From Azolla caroliniana (taxonomy: Eukaryota; Plantae; Polypodiophyta), in assembly GCA_043228905.1 (NCBI GenBank), contig JBHGNT010000021.1, forward strand, positions 7,068,001 through 7,132,000: a stretch of DNA of 64,000 nt, written 5' to 3'. The notes beneath the pieces were generated by a model, which saw only the letters and a list, made by a program, of their open reading frames with translations, was not told where the DNA came from and ran no database searches. Position numbers and translations under genes: made by a program. Shown here piece after piece: positions 42,201 through 53,838 of the stretch (its first letter is position 1; every line of letters begins with the position of its first letter).

Positions 42201-43613
42201 TATAATGCCGATGGCTCCGTAAACCACTAAAAAGATTGACTCGTAGCGAAAGGATACGCTCAGACGCATGGCATCGACTACGAAGAGACCTTTGCCCCGG
42301 TGGCAAAGATGATGACGGTGCGGACCGTAATTGCGATTGCCGCGGCGAAAGGGTGGCACCTCCATCAAATGGACGTCAAGAACGCCTTTCTACAAGGCGA
42401 ATTAGAAGAGGAGGTGTACATGATCCAACCACCTGGCTTCAACTCGAGCACCCATCCGAAAGCTGTTTGCCAACTCAAGAAGCCTCTCTACGGCCTCAAG
42501 CAAGCACCGCGTGCTTGACATTCGAAGATAACGCAATATCTTCATCAAATCGGCTTCCGTATGTCAAAATCGGACAACTCCCTCTACATACGAAGCGATT
42601 CCGCAAGTCCGATCGTCATCATCTTATATGTGGATGACCTAGTCATTGGAGGTGAGCATCTCGTTGAAATCAATAAGGTCAAATCCCTCCTTTCCGACAA
42701 GTTCGAGATGACGGACATGAAGGAGCTCCACTACTTCCTCGGCATCGAGGTAATTCGGACTCTGGCCGGAATCATGATCTCTCAATGACACTACATCCTC
42801 AACTTGCTATAAAAGTTCGGGATGGCTGAGTGCAAAACCGCGGCAACCCCGCTCGATCGCAATCTCAAACTAGATGCGAACTCCGGCACCAAAGCGTGTG
42901 AGCTGACTCAGTATCGGCAACTCATCAGGAGTCTGATCTACCTCACGATCACACGACCCGATCTCAGTTATCCGGTCGGTCTCCGTAGCCAATTCATGCA
43001 AACACCGCGTGATACTCACTTGGATTGCGCTAAGCGAATTCTACGATACATGAGTGGCATAATGGATTGCGGCATCCTCTACAAGACCGCGATGCCAATA
43101 CGACTCGAGGGGTACACATACGCTAATTGGGCCGGCTACAAAGCTGATAGAAGATCAACCTCCGGATTTGTTTTCTCCCTGGGCATCGGAGCAATATCCT
43201 GGAGTAGCAAGAAGTAGCCCACCGTCGCTCTTTCGAGTACGGAGGCGGAATACAGGGGTGTAGCCGTAGCTGCGTGTGAAGCCGTATGGCTCAAGAGGAT
43301 TTTGAAGGATCTGGGCGTACCCATCAAGGATTCGACTTCCCTTTACTGCGACAACATGAGTAGTATCTATCTGGCTCGGAACCCGGTGTTCCACGCGCGG
43401 ACAAAGCACATCGAAGTGCACTATCACTTCATCCGAGAGTGCGTTCTGGCTGGCGATGTCGACCTACAACACATTAGCACCAATCTTCAAACGGCCGACA
43501 TCTTCACTAAAGCCTTAGGAGCCGACAAGCTATGGAAATTCATGACCGATCTCGAATTGACGATCCCTGACCTGCCAAGCTTGAGGGGGAGTACTGAAGA
43601 CACTACGCAATAA
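39288..43613 (+). pseudogene. Copia gag-pol with multiple premature stops
   Basis: MNTQMGGALPTEKLD..., [58 protein letters not shown]; in-frame stops at about 39847, 40123, 40411, 42228, 42516, 42786, 43215 and others. Confidence 0.95.
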
Positions 43614-44089
43614 CGTGTGGATTTCGCAACCATGCAACGAAGCAACGAAGAGCCGATCTACCGCGCAAAGCCGCGAAGAAAGACGCAAGCTGAAGCACAG
43701 ACTTCGCACAACGCAAGCTGGAGCACGGATTCCGCAACTCCGCATAAAGCGAGCCGACGCAAGTTGACGCGGACTCCGGAATGCGAGTTGAAGCGGATTT
43801 CGGATACCGTCTGAAACCGACCCGACTTGAGCTTGAGGGGGCGTGTTGAGAATCAAGCTCAACTTGGTCTAGTGTGTGAACTCACCTTGAGAGTGAAGAG
43901 ACACTCCAACGGTCAAGAGTCACCATTATGTCACCACTTTGTATTCTAGCATTTAGTATGAGTCATAGAATCATATTCTATGACACATAACTTATGAGCT
44001 TTCACATTCCCCATGCTCCATGAGTCTTGTAGTTAATGAAGAGAGAGGGTGACTACATAAAGCACCCTCCTCCCACCTTGTATGATGTT

Positions 44090-47000
44090 AGTTGAAGACA
44101 AGGCCGTGTCGATGCGGAAGATCAAATAACATTCGATTCGTGTTGAGAACCTGCGTATGACAGTTTGCAAGATCGTGCACAGAGACAGAGAGAGAGAGAG
44201 AGAGGCACCAAAGACTTTCTATTCAATAGAAACAATAATACAACCAACCTTACAAAAAGGTTACAAGGTCACTATATATAGTGACCGACTTAGGGCAACT
44301 ACCATTTATGCTAATTACACAAATGGTCCAAACTTGATCTATACAAAGGGATAGTGTGAATACGTCCATTATACACTTGTATTCGACACTCCCCCGTAAT
44401 GGGCGTATACATGGGTTATCTAAGATTACAGGTATCAACCTAGGTTCTCGGACATATCAGTTTTGTTCGAGTCGGCAGGGTCCGAAGGCAGAAGACCGGA
44501 CTGGTCGGGTCGGAAGAGTTGAAGCCGATCATTAAGGAACTGATGTCGGTTGTCTGAAACCATCCTGCGCTGTGTCCGGCTCTAACCGGACTGGTTTGTC
44601 GTTACGCCCATCTGATGCCGAAGGGACCGAAAGCGGTCTGCCGAAAGACACTTGGTCATTCCATCTGCGACATTGTCGGTTGTGGATATTTTCTCTAGAC
44701 CGATTTTCCCTGAAATGACGCAGTCCCGAACGAAGTGATATCGAACGTCGATATGTTTGGAGGCGTTGTGGTGAACCGGATTTTTCGACAAGGCAACAAC
44801 ACCTTGACTGTCGCTATAGACAATTGGGGCCGAGTCATGGTCGACTTGTCGAAACGTGTGCGCCAGCCGGCCGAGCCACAAAGCTTCTTTTGCAGCGTCG
44901 GACGCAGCTACATATTCTGCTTCGGTCGTTGAGGTCGCTGTGCACTCCTGAAGTTTCGACTTCCACGAAATTGCTCCATTGCCGAATTTGAAGCAGTATC
45001 CGGTTGTTGATTTCCGACTGTCTATACAGCCGGCGAAGTCCGAGTCGGTGTAACCGACTACGCCTGAGGTTGAGTTCGGACCGAAAAGAATGCCGTGATC
45101 TTTTGTGCCAGCCAGATATTTGAACACATGCTTGACTGCGTTCCAATGCGATCGGCCAGGATTGTGCATAAATCTGCTAACGACTCCTACGGCATGAGAG
45201 ATATCAGGCCGTGTCGCGACCATCAGGTACATAAGGGAGCCGACTGCCGGTGCATACGGTACCGACTTCATATCTTCCCCCTCCGGACCGGATGTCGGGC
45301 AGTCTCGCTGAGAGAGCCGAAGATTCATGGGGAGCGGGGTTGAAGCAGATTTGGCTGATTGCATGTTGAAGCGTTCCAAGACACGTCCGATATAGTCGGT
45401 CTGAGACAAAAAAAGATGTCGTTTGTCGCGATGCCGACTGATCTTCATGCCGAGTATGTGTCGTGCCGGACCGAGGTCCTTCATGGCAAACTTCAACCGC
45501 AGTTGCCGAATGAGATCGGCAAGTTCGCCCGCGTGGCGTCCAGAAATTAGCATGTCATCCACGTAGATGATGAGGAAGATGGGTGATCCATCTTGAGCTG
45601 TGTTGGTAAAAAGACAATGGTCCTCATCGCTTTTTGAGAAGCCGATCGATTGGATGAAGTCGTCGAACTTCTTGTACCATTGTCGCGGTGCCTGTTTGAG
45701 GCCGTATAGACTCTTCCTGAGTCGGCAGACTAGATGTTCTTGGCCAGTTGCCACGAAGCCTTTTGGCTGTTCCATATAAATTTCCTCTTCAAGATCACCA
45801 TGGAGGAAGACTGTTTTGACATCTAGCTGAATCAGCTCCAAGTTGTCGGCTGCCACTACGCCGAGTAGAAAACGAAGGGTTGTCATTTTCACCACTGGTG
45901 AAAAAATCTCGTCGAAGTCGACGCCATATTCTTGTCGGAAGCCCTTCGCAACTAATCTGGCCTTGTACTTTGGGGTGGTCGAATCAGACGTCTCTTTTAG
46001 TCGATAAACCCACTTGCAAGGAAGAGCACGTCGATTCTTAGGTAATTCGACCAGATCCCAAGTCTTGTTTGCCCGAATGGAGTGCATTTCCGACTCCATC
46101 GCCAGATGCCAGGTGGCTGAATCGACAGATGTCGATGCTTCTTCGTAAGACGTCGGTTCGCCGGCGTCGGTGAAGAAAATTCCAGGAGAATACCTCTCCG
46201 GAGGTTGCGACAGTCTCTCGGATCGTCGAGGTATGATTGGACTGGTCGCATCGGGTATCGAGGTCGGATGGTCCGAAAGCGAATTATTCTGCTGTGCCGA
46301 GTCAGAGTTGTCCGAGTCGGTGGTGTAAGGTTCAGCTACCCGTGAAGCTGACCGTGTGTTAAGAGCGGGGCCTTCTTGAAGGGTCGGCACATCGGAAAAT
46401 GTTACCCTTCGGACTTCGATCGGTTTTTCGACTGATGGATTCATAGCCGACTCGTTGAACACAACGTCCGAACTTCGAACGATTTGTCTGCGTTCGGGGT
46501 CCCAGAGTCGGTATCCCATTTCGCCGTCTGATCCATATCGAAGGAAAATGCATTTCCTGGACCGAGGTGCAAGTTTTCGGCGATCATCTTTCGGAATAAG
46601 GGCGTACGCCTCGCATCCGAAGATCCTCAGCTTGTCGTAATTCGGCTTACTGCCGATCCATAGTTCCTGAGGAATTTGAAGTCCTAGAGGTCTGCTTTGC
46701 GACATATTGATTATGTGTACTGCCGTGAGTAGAGCCTTTGCCCAGAAGCCATCCGACAGTCTGGAGTGTTGGAGCATGGAAACTATCCGTTCTTGGATTG
46801 TCCGATTCATGCGTTCTGCAATCCCGTTTTGCTCCGGACTGTGTGGTGCCGTAAATTCACGTCGGATGCCGCGTTGTCGGCAGAATTTGACGAATTCTTC
46901 TGATTTGAACTCTCCCCCATTGTCGGTCCGAAAGCATTTCAGTTTTCGGTCAGTTTGATTTTTTACCATAGCGAGCCAATCGGAGAAGATCGAGAAGACA

Positions 47001-49609
47001 CGATCTTTGGTGCGAATTGGATAAGCCCACACCTTTCGAGTCGAATCGTCAATAAAACTGACGAAGTAAGAGGCACCGCCAAGAGACTGATGCGGCATTG
47101 GGCCACAGACGTCCGAGTGGACTAAATCGAGAGGTCTCGTTTCTCTTGGTGCTGATGTCGGGTGTGATGCGGCTGCTTGTTTGCCATACTGGCAATGTTC
47201 GCAGAATTGATGGTCGGAGAAGGAGAGTTTAGGGATGTATCCGGCTCTAGATAGGTGCGTAATGCCGGCCTTGCTGAGGTGTCCTAATCTTCTGTGCCAT
47301 AGTGATGACACAGGAATATCCACCAAAAACAGGTTACCCTCTCTGAGCGTAACATGTAACGGATACAGTGAGTGTATCTTGGGTCCTCTTGCAAGCAGGA
47401 GGTTCCCCCTGTGGAGTGTCCACCCTCCCGAAGAAAAACCGGCACGAATGCCGTCTTCATCTAGTTGTCCGACTGAGATCAATGGCCTTGAGAGCTCGGG
47501 TACATGTCGGACATTGTGAAGTACAAGTGTAGAGCCACCTGCAAGGTTGAGCTCTACTGTGCCGATTCCAATGATGTCACAATGTTGCGAGTTGCCGACT
47601 CGAACTGAGTCGGAGTGACGGATCGTATATTGCCGAAATTGGGATCGATGAGGAGTCACGTGAAATGACTCGCCCGAATCTAAGAGCCATGTGCTCGATT
47701 CTTCAGTCGTGAGCAGAACTTCTGATCCGACTGGATCTTCGATTGATAGTATATTCGGGTCGTTTGGTAGCACATCAGCTAAGAAGCTGACGTAATTGAT
47801 CTCCTCATGCCGGCCACTCTTCTTGTCTGATTTCTGAGACTTGTCGTTCTTGTTCTTGAGTGCGCGGCAGTCGGCTTTGATGTGTCCGGGTTTCTTGCAA
47901 TAGTTGCAGATTCGATTATCCCGTGACTGGCTCCGTCTTCGCTGATTGTTCGGCTGCCGTGAGGAATCTCTTCCTCGTATGTTCGATCGGTCTGTCGAAC
48001 CTTGTACTACATAAGCGTCGTCTGTTGAGTCTTTGGCGAAAGACTTTCTCCGAGCTGCTTCGGTCAGGATTGCGCTCGTCACTTCGGAGTATTTAACAGC
48101 CGTGGTTGACGCGTTGCACACGGTTGTGACGAAAGTTTCCCATGATGAGGGAAGGCTGCTCATGAGTATCATTGCTCTGAGTTCATCCTCGATTGCCGTC
48201 CCCTGAGATGAGATTTGGGAGCTTATGCTTTCGTACTCATTGAGATGTGCTTGAACCGAATCTGATTCTTTCATCCGCAAGTTGTAGAGGCGCCGGATCA
48301 GAAACATCTTTGTTGCAGCGACCTTCTTTTCGTAAGTGTCCGACAGTGTTTTCCACAGTTCGAATGTTGTCGTACACGATTGCACCGTAAAGTATACCGA
48401 TTCCGATAGGTGCATCCGAATCGTGGCGCGGACGATTCTGTCCAGCTTCTGCCACTCAATTGGTTTGTATCCTTCTGGAGGTTCTTCATTTTCGATGGGA
48501 TCGATTTGCCCCTTGACTATGAGATAGTCCTGCATTTGCTCCTTCCAGAAGTTGAAGTTCGATCCATCGAACTTTCGTAGACTCATTTCTGACGAGCCGG
48601 ATGTTGATGCCATCAAATTTGGTTTCGGTTGACGAAGCTCGGTTCGGAGTTGACTACGAACCTTGTTGGAGTGCAGCCGGTTGGCTCACCCGATATCGTT
48701 CTAGTCGAATTTGAACCCGAGTCGGTTCGGCTTCGGATATATGTATTGTTGAACTTGCTCGAATTGACTCCGGTAACTTGAGGGACAGAACCGACTGGTC
48801 TTCCCGAATGTTGCCGAGTCGGAGTGAGCCCGGTTCGCTTCCGAATATATATGCCAAATACCGATTATTGAAACCGATTGTCTGGACCGATTCTGCTTCG
48901 GGTGACTGCAGCGATGAGAGAGACGGATCCAACTGATCCTCCCGAATGTCGATCAGCCGGATGAAGCACGAATTGGGGTTGTTGTCTTGAGACCGATCTG
49001 CACCGAGTGGTTACAATGAGCGGCGAGCAGCGTTTGATGACCTCTTCGGATGCCGTTTAACCGAGTGGAGCACGATCGTGTCAATGTTGCACAAGGGGAT
49101 TTCACCTCGAGCGGTTACGATCACAAGGAACAGAGTACAACCTGCTGGCTTACTCCAAGCGAAGATGATCTAACGCGATGAGATGCAAGCCTCGTTTTTC
49201 TTCTTCTTCTCTCTTCTTCGAATGACGCAAGAAACCGAATGCTGTGCAGGCTGAGACGACGGCCGACAGCGGGATGAAGGACCGAATACTGTGCAGGCTC
49301 TGATGCCAGATGTTGAAGACAAGGCCGTGTCGATGCGGAAGATCAAATAGCATTCGATTCGTGTTGAGAACCTGCGTATGACAGTTTGCAAGATCGTGCA
49401 CAGAGACAGAGAGAGAGAGAGAGAGGCACCAAAGACTTTCTATTCAATAGAAACAATAATACAACCAACCTTACAAAAAGGTTACAAGGTCACTATATAT
49501 AGTGACCGACTTAGGGCAACTACCATTTATGCTAATTACACAAATGGCCCAAACTTGATCTATACAAAGGGATAGTGTGAATACGTCCATTATACACTTG
49601 TATTCGACA
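44090..49609 (-). mobile_element. Young intact Ty1/copia element inserted in the 3' LTR of the previous copia
   Basis: 299-bp LTRs 44090-44388 and 49311-49609 with three differences by eye; TSD ATGTT (44085-44089; 49610-49614); PBS TGGCATCAGAGC 49308-49297; PPT beside 44389. Confidence 0.98.
44582..48613 (-). CDS. Copia gag-pol polyprotein (1343 aa from the ATG)
   Basis: Uninterrupted ORF: CNYCKKPGHIKADC, WLLDSGESFH, VHSDVCGP/RTDNGGEF/GIAERMN, QLDVKTVFLHG, IYVDDML, GYTDSDFAG, KHIDVRYHFVRD. The ORF track starts one TTG codon earlier (48616). Confidence 0.95.
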   Translation of the reverse strand: MASTSGSSEMSLRKFDGSNFNFWKEQMQDYLIVKGQIDPIENEEPPEGYKPIEWQKLDRIVRATIRMHLSESVYFTVQSCTTTFELWKTLSDTYEKKVAATKMFLIRRLYNLRMKESDSVQAHLNEYESISSQISSQGTAIEDELRAMILMSSLPSSWETFVTTVCNASTTAVKYSEVTSAILTEAARRKSFAKDSTDDAYVVQGSTDRSNIRGRDSSRQPNNQRRRSQSRDNRICNYCKKPGHIKADCRALKNKNDKSQKSDKKSGRHEEINYVSFLADVLPNDPNILSIEDPVGSEVLLTTEESSTWLLDSGESFHVTPHRSQFRQYTIRHSDSVRVGNSQHCDIIGIGTVELNLAGGSTLVLHNVRHVPELSRPLISVGQLDEDGIRAGFSSGGWTLHRGNLLLARGPKIHSLYPLHVTLREGNLFLVDIPVSSLWHRRLGHLSKAGITHLSRAGYIPKLSFSDHQFCEHCQYGKQAAASHPTSAPRETRPLDLVHSDVCGPMPHQSLGGASYFVSFIDDSTRKVWAYPIRTKDRVFSIFSDWLAMVKNQTDRKLKCFRTDNGGEFKSEEFVKFCRQRGIRREFTAPHSPEQNGIAERMNRTIQERIVSMLQHSRLSDGFWAKALLTAVHIINMSQSRPLGLQIPQELWIGSKPNYDKLRIFGCEAYALIPKDDRRKLAPRSRKCIFLRYGSDGEMGYRLWDPERRQIVRSSDVVFNESAMNPSVEKPIEVRRVTFSDVPTLQEGPALNTRSASRVAEPYTTDSDNSDSAQQNNSLSDHPTSIPDATSPIIPRRSERLSQPPERYSPGIFFTDAGEPTSYEEASTSVDSATWHLAMESEMHSIRANKTWDLVELPKNRRALPCKWVYRLKETSDSTTPKYKARLVAKGFRQEYGVDFDEIFSPVVKMTTLRFLLGVVAADNLELIQLDVKTVFLHGDLEEEIYMEQPKGFVATGQEHLVCRLRKSLYGLKQAPRQWYKKFDDFIQSIGFSKSDEDHCLFTNTAQDGSPIFLIIYVDDMLISGRHAGELADLIRQLRLKFAMKDLGPARHILGMKISRHRDKRHLFLSQTDYIGRVLERFNMQSAKSASTPLPMNLRLSQRDCPTSGPEGEDMKSVPYAPAVGSLMYLMVATRPDISHAVGVVSRFMHNPGRSHWNAVKHVFKYLAGTKDHGILFGPNSTSGVVGYTDSDFAGCIDSRKSTTGYCFKFGNGAISWKSKLQECTATSTTEAEYVAASDAAKEALWLGRLAHTFRQVDHDSAPIVYSDSQGVVALSKNPVHHNASKHIDVRYHFVRDCVISGKIGLEKISTTDNVADGMTKCLSADRFRSLRHQMGVTTNQSG

Positions 49610-49882
49610 ATGTTGAGTCTTTCTCCTTTGTCAATATACCTTTTGCCTTGCGTATTCTATGTGTTTCACTCTCTCTCTCTCTCTCTTACACACACACATA
49701 ACTCACATCTCTTCCGCTTCACAAGAATCCATCTCTTGATTCTTTACACGCCGTCACATAAAGACTACTCGACCATGTGATAAGCTAGATTATAAATGCT
49801 TGGGTCCTTTTGTCAGCACGAAGCGGATTAATGATGCAACATTCTGTCTTGATCTTCCTGCAAAGTCTTTCATAGCTTTGTT

Positions 49883-50146
49883 TTGGAACCTTACCACACC
49901 ATCTCGATTCCCAATCGTGTTGTGCCGCCACCGCCTCCTCTCCAACTTGCTGATGGCCTAGAGTACGAGGTAGCCTCCATTTTCGATTCTAAGATTGTGC
50001 GCAATACGTTGTATTATCTAGTTGATTGGCTAGGGTATACCCCGAGTGATTGCACATGGGAACCCGTCGATAATGTTTGTAATGCTCAAGCTCTTATCGA
50101 TGACTTCCATTGTCACTATCCCAACAAACCCGGCCCTGCATTGTAA
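49883..50146 (+). pseudogene. Chromodomain at the C-terminus of the gypsy integrase
   Basis: PPPPLQLADGLEYEVASIFDSKIVRNTLYYLVDWLGYTPSDCTWEP: group I chromodomain with aromatic cage residues. Confidence 0.9.
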
Positions 50147-50184
50147 ACAATTCCTTCCACGCGTCGTTTTAAAAGGAGGGATAG

Positions 50185-50667
50185 TGTCATGAATCCGTGA
50201 ACATTATGCTTCACCTAGACTTGAACCCAGGACTCCGTATTACGAAATTCGAAGCCTAACCATTAAGGTAACCTATCAGGACGTGAAATGATAAAGGATA
50301 CTTTTCATAGTGATTATTGTATTAGAGAAACTTTTGGAACTTTCTAGAACATTCTAGAACATCCTAGAATATTCCAGGTCCAGAACATTCTAGAACATCC
50401 TAGAATATTCTAGGTCCAGAACATTCTAGAACATTCTAGAAATCTCTAAGCTATTCTATAGAAACCTATAAATAGAGACAAATAGATCATATCAAAATAG
50501 TTCAAATCAACAACAGTCTTTAACTCCAAACCTACCTTGTATCCAACTCATCCTTGTACTCATTCTATTCTAATAAACCCACTCTTCTCTTATCAATCCA
50601 TTTTCCTCTCTTCTTCTATTCTCTTATACCTTCCTTCAATCGTTCAATCTCTTGCTTTGTTCTGACA
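50185..50667 (+). repeat. 3' LTR of chromovirus
   Basis: TGTCATGAATCC...TTCTGACA; longer TTCTAGAACA array (about 50326-50441) than the 5' LTR. Confidence 0.95.
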
Positions 50668-50672
50668 ATCTC

Positions 50673-52250
50673 CCCTGAAGTAGGAGAGTTTATCGTGTTT
50701 GTTTTTTGACTTGGAGAAACTTTGTAAGAAAATGTTTTTGAACATTTTCAAACTCTATCGAAGTGGATAGTTTTGTGATCTCTCTATACTTCCACCCCAT
50801 AGAGAAGCACTAGTGTCACCAAACTGTGGAAAAGGTATTTCTTGAGGTTCCAACATTTAACTTCTCTATCATAATTTGCATGTGTCTCAAATTCACGATA
50901 TGCTCTCTTTGTTGCCTTTAAGTGAAGGGTAATATGTTTATTCCATCTATAATTTGAGGACATGTCAAGGCCAAAGGTATTTTAAAGATTTACATAGTTT
51001 CAACTAGCTCATTATTGTACATAATGCATGCTTTATCATTATTTTGGCTCCTCACAAGAATAATCTTTGTTTTAAAGATATTGACACTCAACTTATTATG
51101 CATGAAATTGTCTTCCAATGCCCTCATAAGGTTTTGTGCATCTTCTAAAGTATTTGCAAAATGCAAAGAGAGTTGGTGAGAATGGGCAACATTATTTGAA
51201 CATCAATAGTGCTATTGGAAAATTTGAAATTTTATCGCCCATACACATACAACATTCTCATAGATTTGAGAAATTCCACGCATGTATTCACTTGGTACTC
51301 CAAGTTTCTCCATATACCTCTAAAGATGCTCATGAGGTACCATATCAAAAACATTCTTGTAGTCTAGGAAGCAACAATATTAACCCTTACCTCTCAGGTG
51401 ACCTTCTTACATTAATACTCAAAGAGTGACAAGGTGAGCAATGGTGCTATAGTGTTTTCAAAAGCCACATTGTCCCTAAGCCCCCTTATCGTTGTTTTGA
51501 ACCCATGCACTTATCTTTGATTCCATTATACAACAAAATAGTTCGCCAAAAGTTAGCTAACCATGATTGTCTAATAATGGTCTACATTATTGAGAAATGT
51601 ACCTTTTGTCAAGGTTTGATCTAATTTGTACTCCATGTTGTAATGCATGATTAAACATAGCCCTCGATGTTATTGTCCTATACTCCCCCTCCCCTCCCCC
51701 CCCATAAAGAAGCATTGATATCACGAAAGTGCCAAAAATGTATCTCTTGATGATTAACATTTAATTTCTCCATCATCATGTATGTTTTGAATATTGTCTT
51801 TTTTCAAGAGTGCACATTGTGATTGAAAGAGAAATTCGTGCAAGGATTGTGCTTGGTTTGTGTGGTTTCCCTGTACTGCGAAGAATATGGTTGTGTAGTT
51901 AGGTGCAACATGTGTAGTATAATATGTGAAGCGTGAGCCTCCACATTTGTCCCATGTCATGATACATTGGAGTTGCAAAAAGGTATCTTTTACAGAGGAA
52001 TCTAGTGATGAATCATGAGCTAAGTGTGTTGCATCCCATCTACAAAACCATTTTTCCATATCTTGCATCCAACTAGAACACAATTTTGCTTTTATTTGTC
52101 TTTCGAATCTTTTTGTTTGCTTCCCATGCAATTCTAGGAAGTCAATGTGAGGAACTTTTTTGAACCTTAAGCATATATTCAACAACCCTTTCCATGGCCA
52201 TGATCTCAATGGGAAGTGATCCCATCTCAAAGAGGAGAGTGTATGACGTT
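50673..52250 (-). mobile_element. Degenerate LINE RT remnants
   Basis: Minus-strand remnants of FDMVPHEHL, CP.SPTLF and LVT.VLLYGVEV motifs. The two flanks of the gypsy join into a sequence matching 52197-52245, so the gypsy inserted into a LINE. Confidence 0.7.
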
Positions 52251-52498
52251 TGTTAGAGAGAGGGAGAGATAGAGTGCCCAAATGGATGTAGCTCAGTTGG
52301 TAAGTTTGCCCAATGGAGACCAACATGTAATAGAGAAGTGAAAAAATTGGGTTTCGAACCCAAAACATAAGTACTTATAGTGTAACAACATACCACTAAG
52401 GTAAGCTAATTACAATTAAAAATATAGAGAGGTAGAGATTTATTATGATCCTTGGATGTTATGACCTCTAGGACAAAAATGTTTTTTCTTTTCTTTTC

Positions 52499-53047
52499 AA
52501 GTAGGTCCCAATCTCATGGACCACAATCTCACCACCCTTTTCATCAACAAATAAATGCCATTATTGTTCACAATCATACTAGGCACTTCCCTTTGTTCGA
52601 AGATCTGTCCATTATAGTCAACCCATTCTAGATATAAGTAGGTCCCAATCTCATGGACCAAAATCTCACCACCCTTTTCATCAACAAATAAATGCCATTA
52701 TTGTTCACAATCATACTAGGAGCTTCCCTTTGTTCGAAGATCTGTCCATTATAGTCAACTCATTCTAGATATATTTCAAAAAACAATAATCACAACATGT
52801 TTGACTTGAGACTTGAATTCTTTATTCATTTTTCTTTTTATTTTCTTTTCATGAAGTTTACATTTATTTCGCCCTCTTATTCTCAAACAAGAGACGAGAT
52901 TTTAAGATGTAATGTCTTATTGGTTGTATAGTCCATTTTGGCCTCTTTTCATGAAGTTTACATTTATTTTGCCCTCTTATTCTCAAACAAGAGACGAGAT
53001 TTTACGATGTAATGTCTTATTGGTTGTATAGTCCATTTTGGCCTCTT
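52499..53047. repeat. Two adjacent tandem duplications (137-bp period 52499-52774; 100-bp period 52845-53047)
   Basis: Direct near-identical repeats. Confidence 0.85.
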
Positions 53048-53838
53048 ACGTGGGGGTTACTACTTTATGTTAAAAACTCTAGATGTGGAAATAAAGCATG
53101 CACATATGTCCTCACCCTTCTCGGTGGAAATTTGAGTATGACACTCACATTATCATGCATGTTTAACAAGTCATCATATTTCTCATGAATTACCTTATTA
53201 GTTGTTGTGATGTGGCATGCTCGAAGGTAGAAAATAGGGAAAAGGGCAAAAATGTAAATATTATATCTACTACTTCTCCACCTCTTGTTCTTGTTTGTGG
53301 ATTTTCTATCTTCTTCTTCACGAGGGAGAGCTCATACATTAGTTGTTGAAGGGAGCATGAAGTGAGTCATGAACACTACTCCGACATCAAAGGGCCATTG
53401 CTGACAGTAACAGTTGTGATCTTGTTGGTTCACTTGATTCACCTTCATCGAAAGCTCAAAACCTCCTGTCATTCTTTGTTTCTTAAGCTCATTAACAATT
53501 GTAAAAGCCACCCAGATCATGGCATTATTTGGTGAACCCAATTCATTGTAAGAAGGAATATTATTCTTTATCTAATTCATATATTGGCTCTCATTCTTCT
53601 GTTTGTATTGTTAATCAAATGTAGTTCATGTTAATCTCGTGTGCTTAACAATAATGATGTGTTAATTACTCCTACGCCATTATGTGTGAGAGAGAATGAG
53701 AATGATAAATGGCAACTAGCAAGCGAGCCTTCGCCTGTCCTACGTTCATCTCGAACGTTCAACCTGTGCATTTATCTTTGATTCCATTAACATCCAAATA
53801 GTTTTGGCATAAGTGAACTGACCATATTTAAAATTTAA

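Larger units (their letters stand above)
38733..49748 (+). mobile_element. Ty1/copia element nested in gypsy integrase C-terminal region
   Basis: TSD CGCCG (38728-38732; 49749-49753); 5' LTR 38733-39122; PBS TGATATCAGAGC 39123-39134; PPT before 43844; 3' LTR 43844-49748 split by a younger copia. Confidence 0.97.
27194..50667 (+). mobile_element. Ty3/gypsy chromovirus (Tcn1/Tf1/sushi-like), degenerate, hosting nested insertions
   Basis: LTRs 27194-27651 and 50185-50667; TSD ATCTC at 27189-27193 and 50668-50672; PPT AAAAGGAGGGATAG 50171-50184; gag-PR-RT-RH-IN-chromodomain order. Confidence 0.96.
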
